Both the position numbers and the translations under genes were made by a program. Below, in pieces: positions 62,205-64,000 of a stretch of 64,000 bases of DNA. The DNA comes from Bythopirellula sp. (GTDB taxonomy: Bacteria > Planctomycetota > Planctomycetia > Pirellulales > Lacipirellulaceae): the NCBI GenBank assembly GCA_965216565.1, contig OZ244170.1, positions 320,001 through 384,000 of the forward strand, read 5' to 3'. Position 1 is the first letter of the stretch; the number at the start of each line of letters is the position of its first letter. Under the pieces are notes generated by a model. The model did no database searches, was not told the origin of the DNA, and saw only the letters and a list, made by a program, of their open reading frames with translations.

Positions 62205-62847
62205 TGTGGGTTGGCTCGAATCGGATTTCCGTGGCGAACTCGGTGCGCAGTAGGCTTGCCTCGTCACTCCTATCCAAAAGGGAACCGAATTGAGTAATAG
62301 CTTGATACGGATCTCTTTCGTAGGCGTCAGCAAACTCGGTGCTCTTCTCTGCAGCGGCGACGAGCGACCGTAATGAAGACAAGCGTCTGAAGTCTGCAGC
62401 CAGCGTGGGGTCGGCGGAGAGTGCTTTTTCGATAGCGGCCCTTTCCGGCGAGTCGCTGAGAACCTCCAGAGAACCATCATGGCGAGAGATTCCAAGTTTG
62501 ATCTCGCCAGATGGTTTGATTCCTGCCTGGCTCAGCGCGGCTTCCAATCGCCGTCCCAGTTCGTCCTGCAAATTCTCTGCATGATGTGAGATGTCCTCGA
62601 TGCGGAGTGCTGTCTCATCGCCTACCAAGGGATGGCCAGTTAGGACTTCGCTCAGCAATCGGGTGTGGGGATTTTCGTGTGCAGCGACGGAGCTTCCTTC
62701 AATCTCTGCAAGCTCTTCCTCTTGAAACAAGGACTCAGCGGCATCCAACGCAGCAGAAAAAGGCTGTGTGATCTTCCGAGCAGCTTGGCTCAGATTCGAG
62801 ATTAGGGAAGGCGCGGCAGCACCAAGCCAAAGAGGTTCCATTTGCAA
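62191..62847 (-). CDS. Hypothetical protein
   Basis: 218-aa ORF with GGAG upstream; convergent overlap with hemG. Confidence 0.65.
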   Translation of the reverse strand: MQMEPLWLGAAAPSLISNLSQAARKITQPFSAALDAAESLFQEEELAEIEGSSVAAHENPHTRLLSEVLTGHPLVGDETALRIEDISHHAENLQDELGRRLEAALSQAGIKPSGEIKLGISRHDGSLEVLSDSPERAAIEKALSADPTLAADFRRLSSLRSLVAAAEKSTEFADAYERDPYQAITQFGSLLDRSDEASLLRTEFATEIRFEPTHTNSL

Positions 62848-62936
62848 CAGCTCCGACTACGAAAAGCACAACGTCTTACGCTACGCTTCATCGTCGGACC
62901 ATTGAGTGGAAGATTAGAGGAACCAGCGAAAGTTTA

Positions 62937-62961
62937 CCGGGGCTAGCACCGCTAGCCCCGG
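62937..62961. terminator. 11-bp GC-rich hairpin downstream of the SHD1 gene (terminator or REP)
   Basis: CCGGGGCTAGC-ACC-GCTAGCCCCGG. Confidence 0.5.
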
Positions 62962-62988
62962 ACTTTGCTCGTATATCTTGATGTTATG

Positions 62989-64000
62989 CTACTTAGCGAG
63001 CTGGCTTACCAGTTTCTTGGAATTGCCTTGTTTCGCTAGCATCTCTTGCTGCGCCACGTCCTGCCCCCGAACAAACTGGACATCACTTTTGCTCAACCGA
63101 CGCAGCGGCACACGCTTCATCGAGCCATTTGCCTTTTCAATCACGATGGCGTCTGTGTCAAGGCTGACCAAGCGTGCTTCGCAATGGTATCGGGCTGTGT
63201 TGTCTGTCCAGTGTCGCGTCTGCGTGCTGTGCAATCCGCCAGCAATGCGTAGTTTGGCAGGAATCGAATCGGAGCCAAACAAATCGTCGAAGTCATCTTC
63301 GCTGTCGTCGCTTTCGGCTGGCTCCTCCGCTTCTTCTGGCGCAGATTCTTCAGCAGGCTCCTCAGCCGACTCAGTGGAGCTGCTGTCTGGCTCTTCTGTC
63401 TCGGTAGGTTCGGCTGGTTCGTCGAACATGTCATCGAATAGATTTTCTTCAGGCTCCTCGGCAGTTTCGTTTTCTTCAACAATGGGTTCAGATTCCTCAG
63501 CAGAGGCAGCTTCTGGCTCATCGAAGATGGAACCGAACTCGTCGCCGCTATCCTCGGCCTCGGCGGGCTGGGGATCAGTGGCAGGCTCGATTTGGGCAGG
63601 TTCAGCTGCCGGAGTCGTTTCAGGTTCAACCAGGGTATTGTTTACGATGTCATCCTCGGCATCGTCATTGGCCACAGGTTCAGCAAATGTTTCCTGAGCT
63701 GGGATCGGTTTCGGATCGGCCAACTGCTCCTCTGGTTCCAAGGCTGGCTGAGGGGTGACGCTCTCGTAAATCTCAGGAACTTTTTCGACCGAGGGCTTGG
63801 CGACCTCAGTGTGCTGGTGCTCGTGGACCGTCACGCTTCCTGAGCTACTGCAACCGCAAGACTCGCTTTGTACTGCTGCGACCTCTGAGCCACCACAGTT
63901 GCTGCAGCCACAAGACTCACTATGTGCCATCGTGGCCTCAGAGCTGGAACAGCCGCACGATTGGTCACCGCAAGCCGATCCGCAATCTGCACAACCACAG
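62989..64000 (-). CDS. Cys-rich, acidic low-complexity protein with C-terminal SHD1 domain (5' end outside window)
   Basis: Frame stays open to the window edge (CGCADCGSACGDQSCGCSS...); RHWTDNTARY..EARLV...VPLRRLSKSDVQFV is an SHD1 pattern. Confidence 0.8.
   Translation of the reverse strand, partial: CGCADCGSACGDQSCGCSSSEATMAHSESCGCSNCGGSEVAAVQSESCGCSSSGSVTVHEHQHTEVAKPSVEKVPEIYESVTPQPALEPEEQLADPKPIPAQETFAEPVANDDAEDDIVNNTLVEPETTPAAEPAQIEPATDPQPAEAEDSGDEFGSIFDEPEAASAEESEPIVEENETAEEPEENLFDDMFDEPAEPTETEEPDSSSTESAEEPAEESAPEEAEEPAESDDSEDDFDDLFGSDSIPAKLRIAGGLHSTQTRHWTDNTARYHCEARLVSLDTDAIVIEKANGSMKRVPLRRLSKSDVQFVRGQDVAQQEMLAKQGNSKKLVSQLAK

Overview
Chromosomal segment of a planctomycete, probably Pirellulales/Lacipirellulaceae-like. 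This is inferred from a DUF1559 pilin-like protein, PEP-CTERM proteins with dockerin-like tails, and DUF1573 and SHD1 proteins. Housekeeping genes occupy both ends: trxA, ligA, uvrA and moeB/thiF on the left; tRNA-Ser(GCT), hppA, holB, purQ/purL, tyrA and hemG on the right. Between them, about 13.1-47.6 kb is devoted almost entirely to nucleic-acid and purine use, in three blocks. (i) xdhABC-upp-nupC-hpt for oxidation, uptake and salvage. (ii) Five PEP-CTERM surface proteins (an endonuclease I, an EEP nuclease, two double lamin-tail proteins rich in Asp-Pro-Asn, and a small one), plus a divergent EEP hydrolase, DUF1559 protein and orphan PhnD-like binding protein. (iii) A variant of the ygfK/ssnA/ygeW/ygeY/carbamate kinase/Se-type Xdh/mocA anaerobic purine-degradation cluster that lacks hyuA and dpaL, has a YgfK without its FAD/NAD(P)H domain, and carries two other PLP enzymes. 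The leading hypothesis is a PUL-like extracellular DNA/RNA utilisation locus. Non-coding highlights are a 7 x 27-bp tandem array grown from a REP-like hairpin and a two-copy ~100-bp element whose long terminal stem shows compensatory changes. All protein calls come from motif recognition by eye; no database searches were run.
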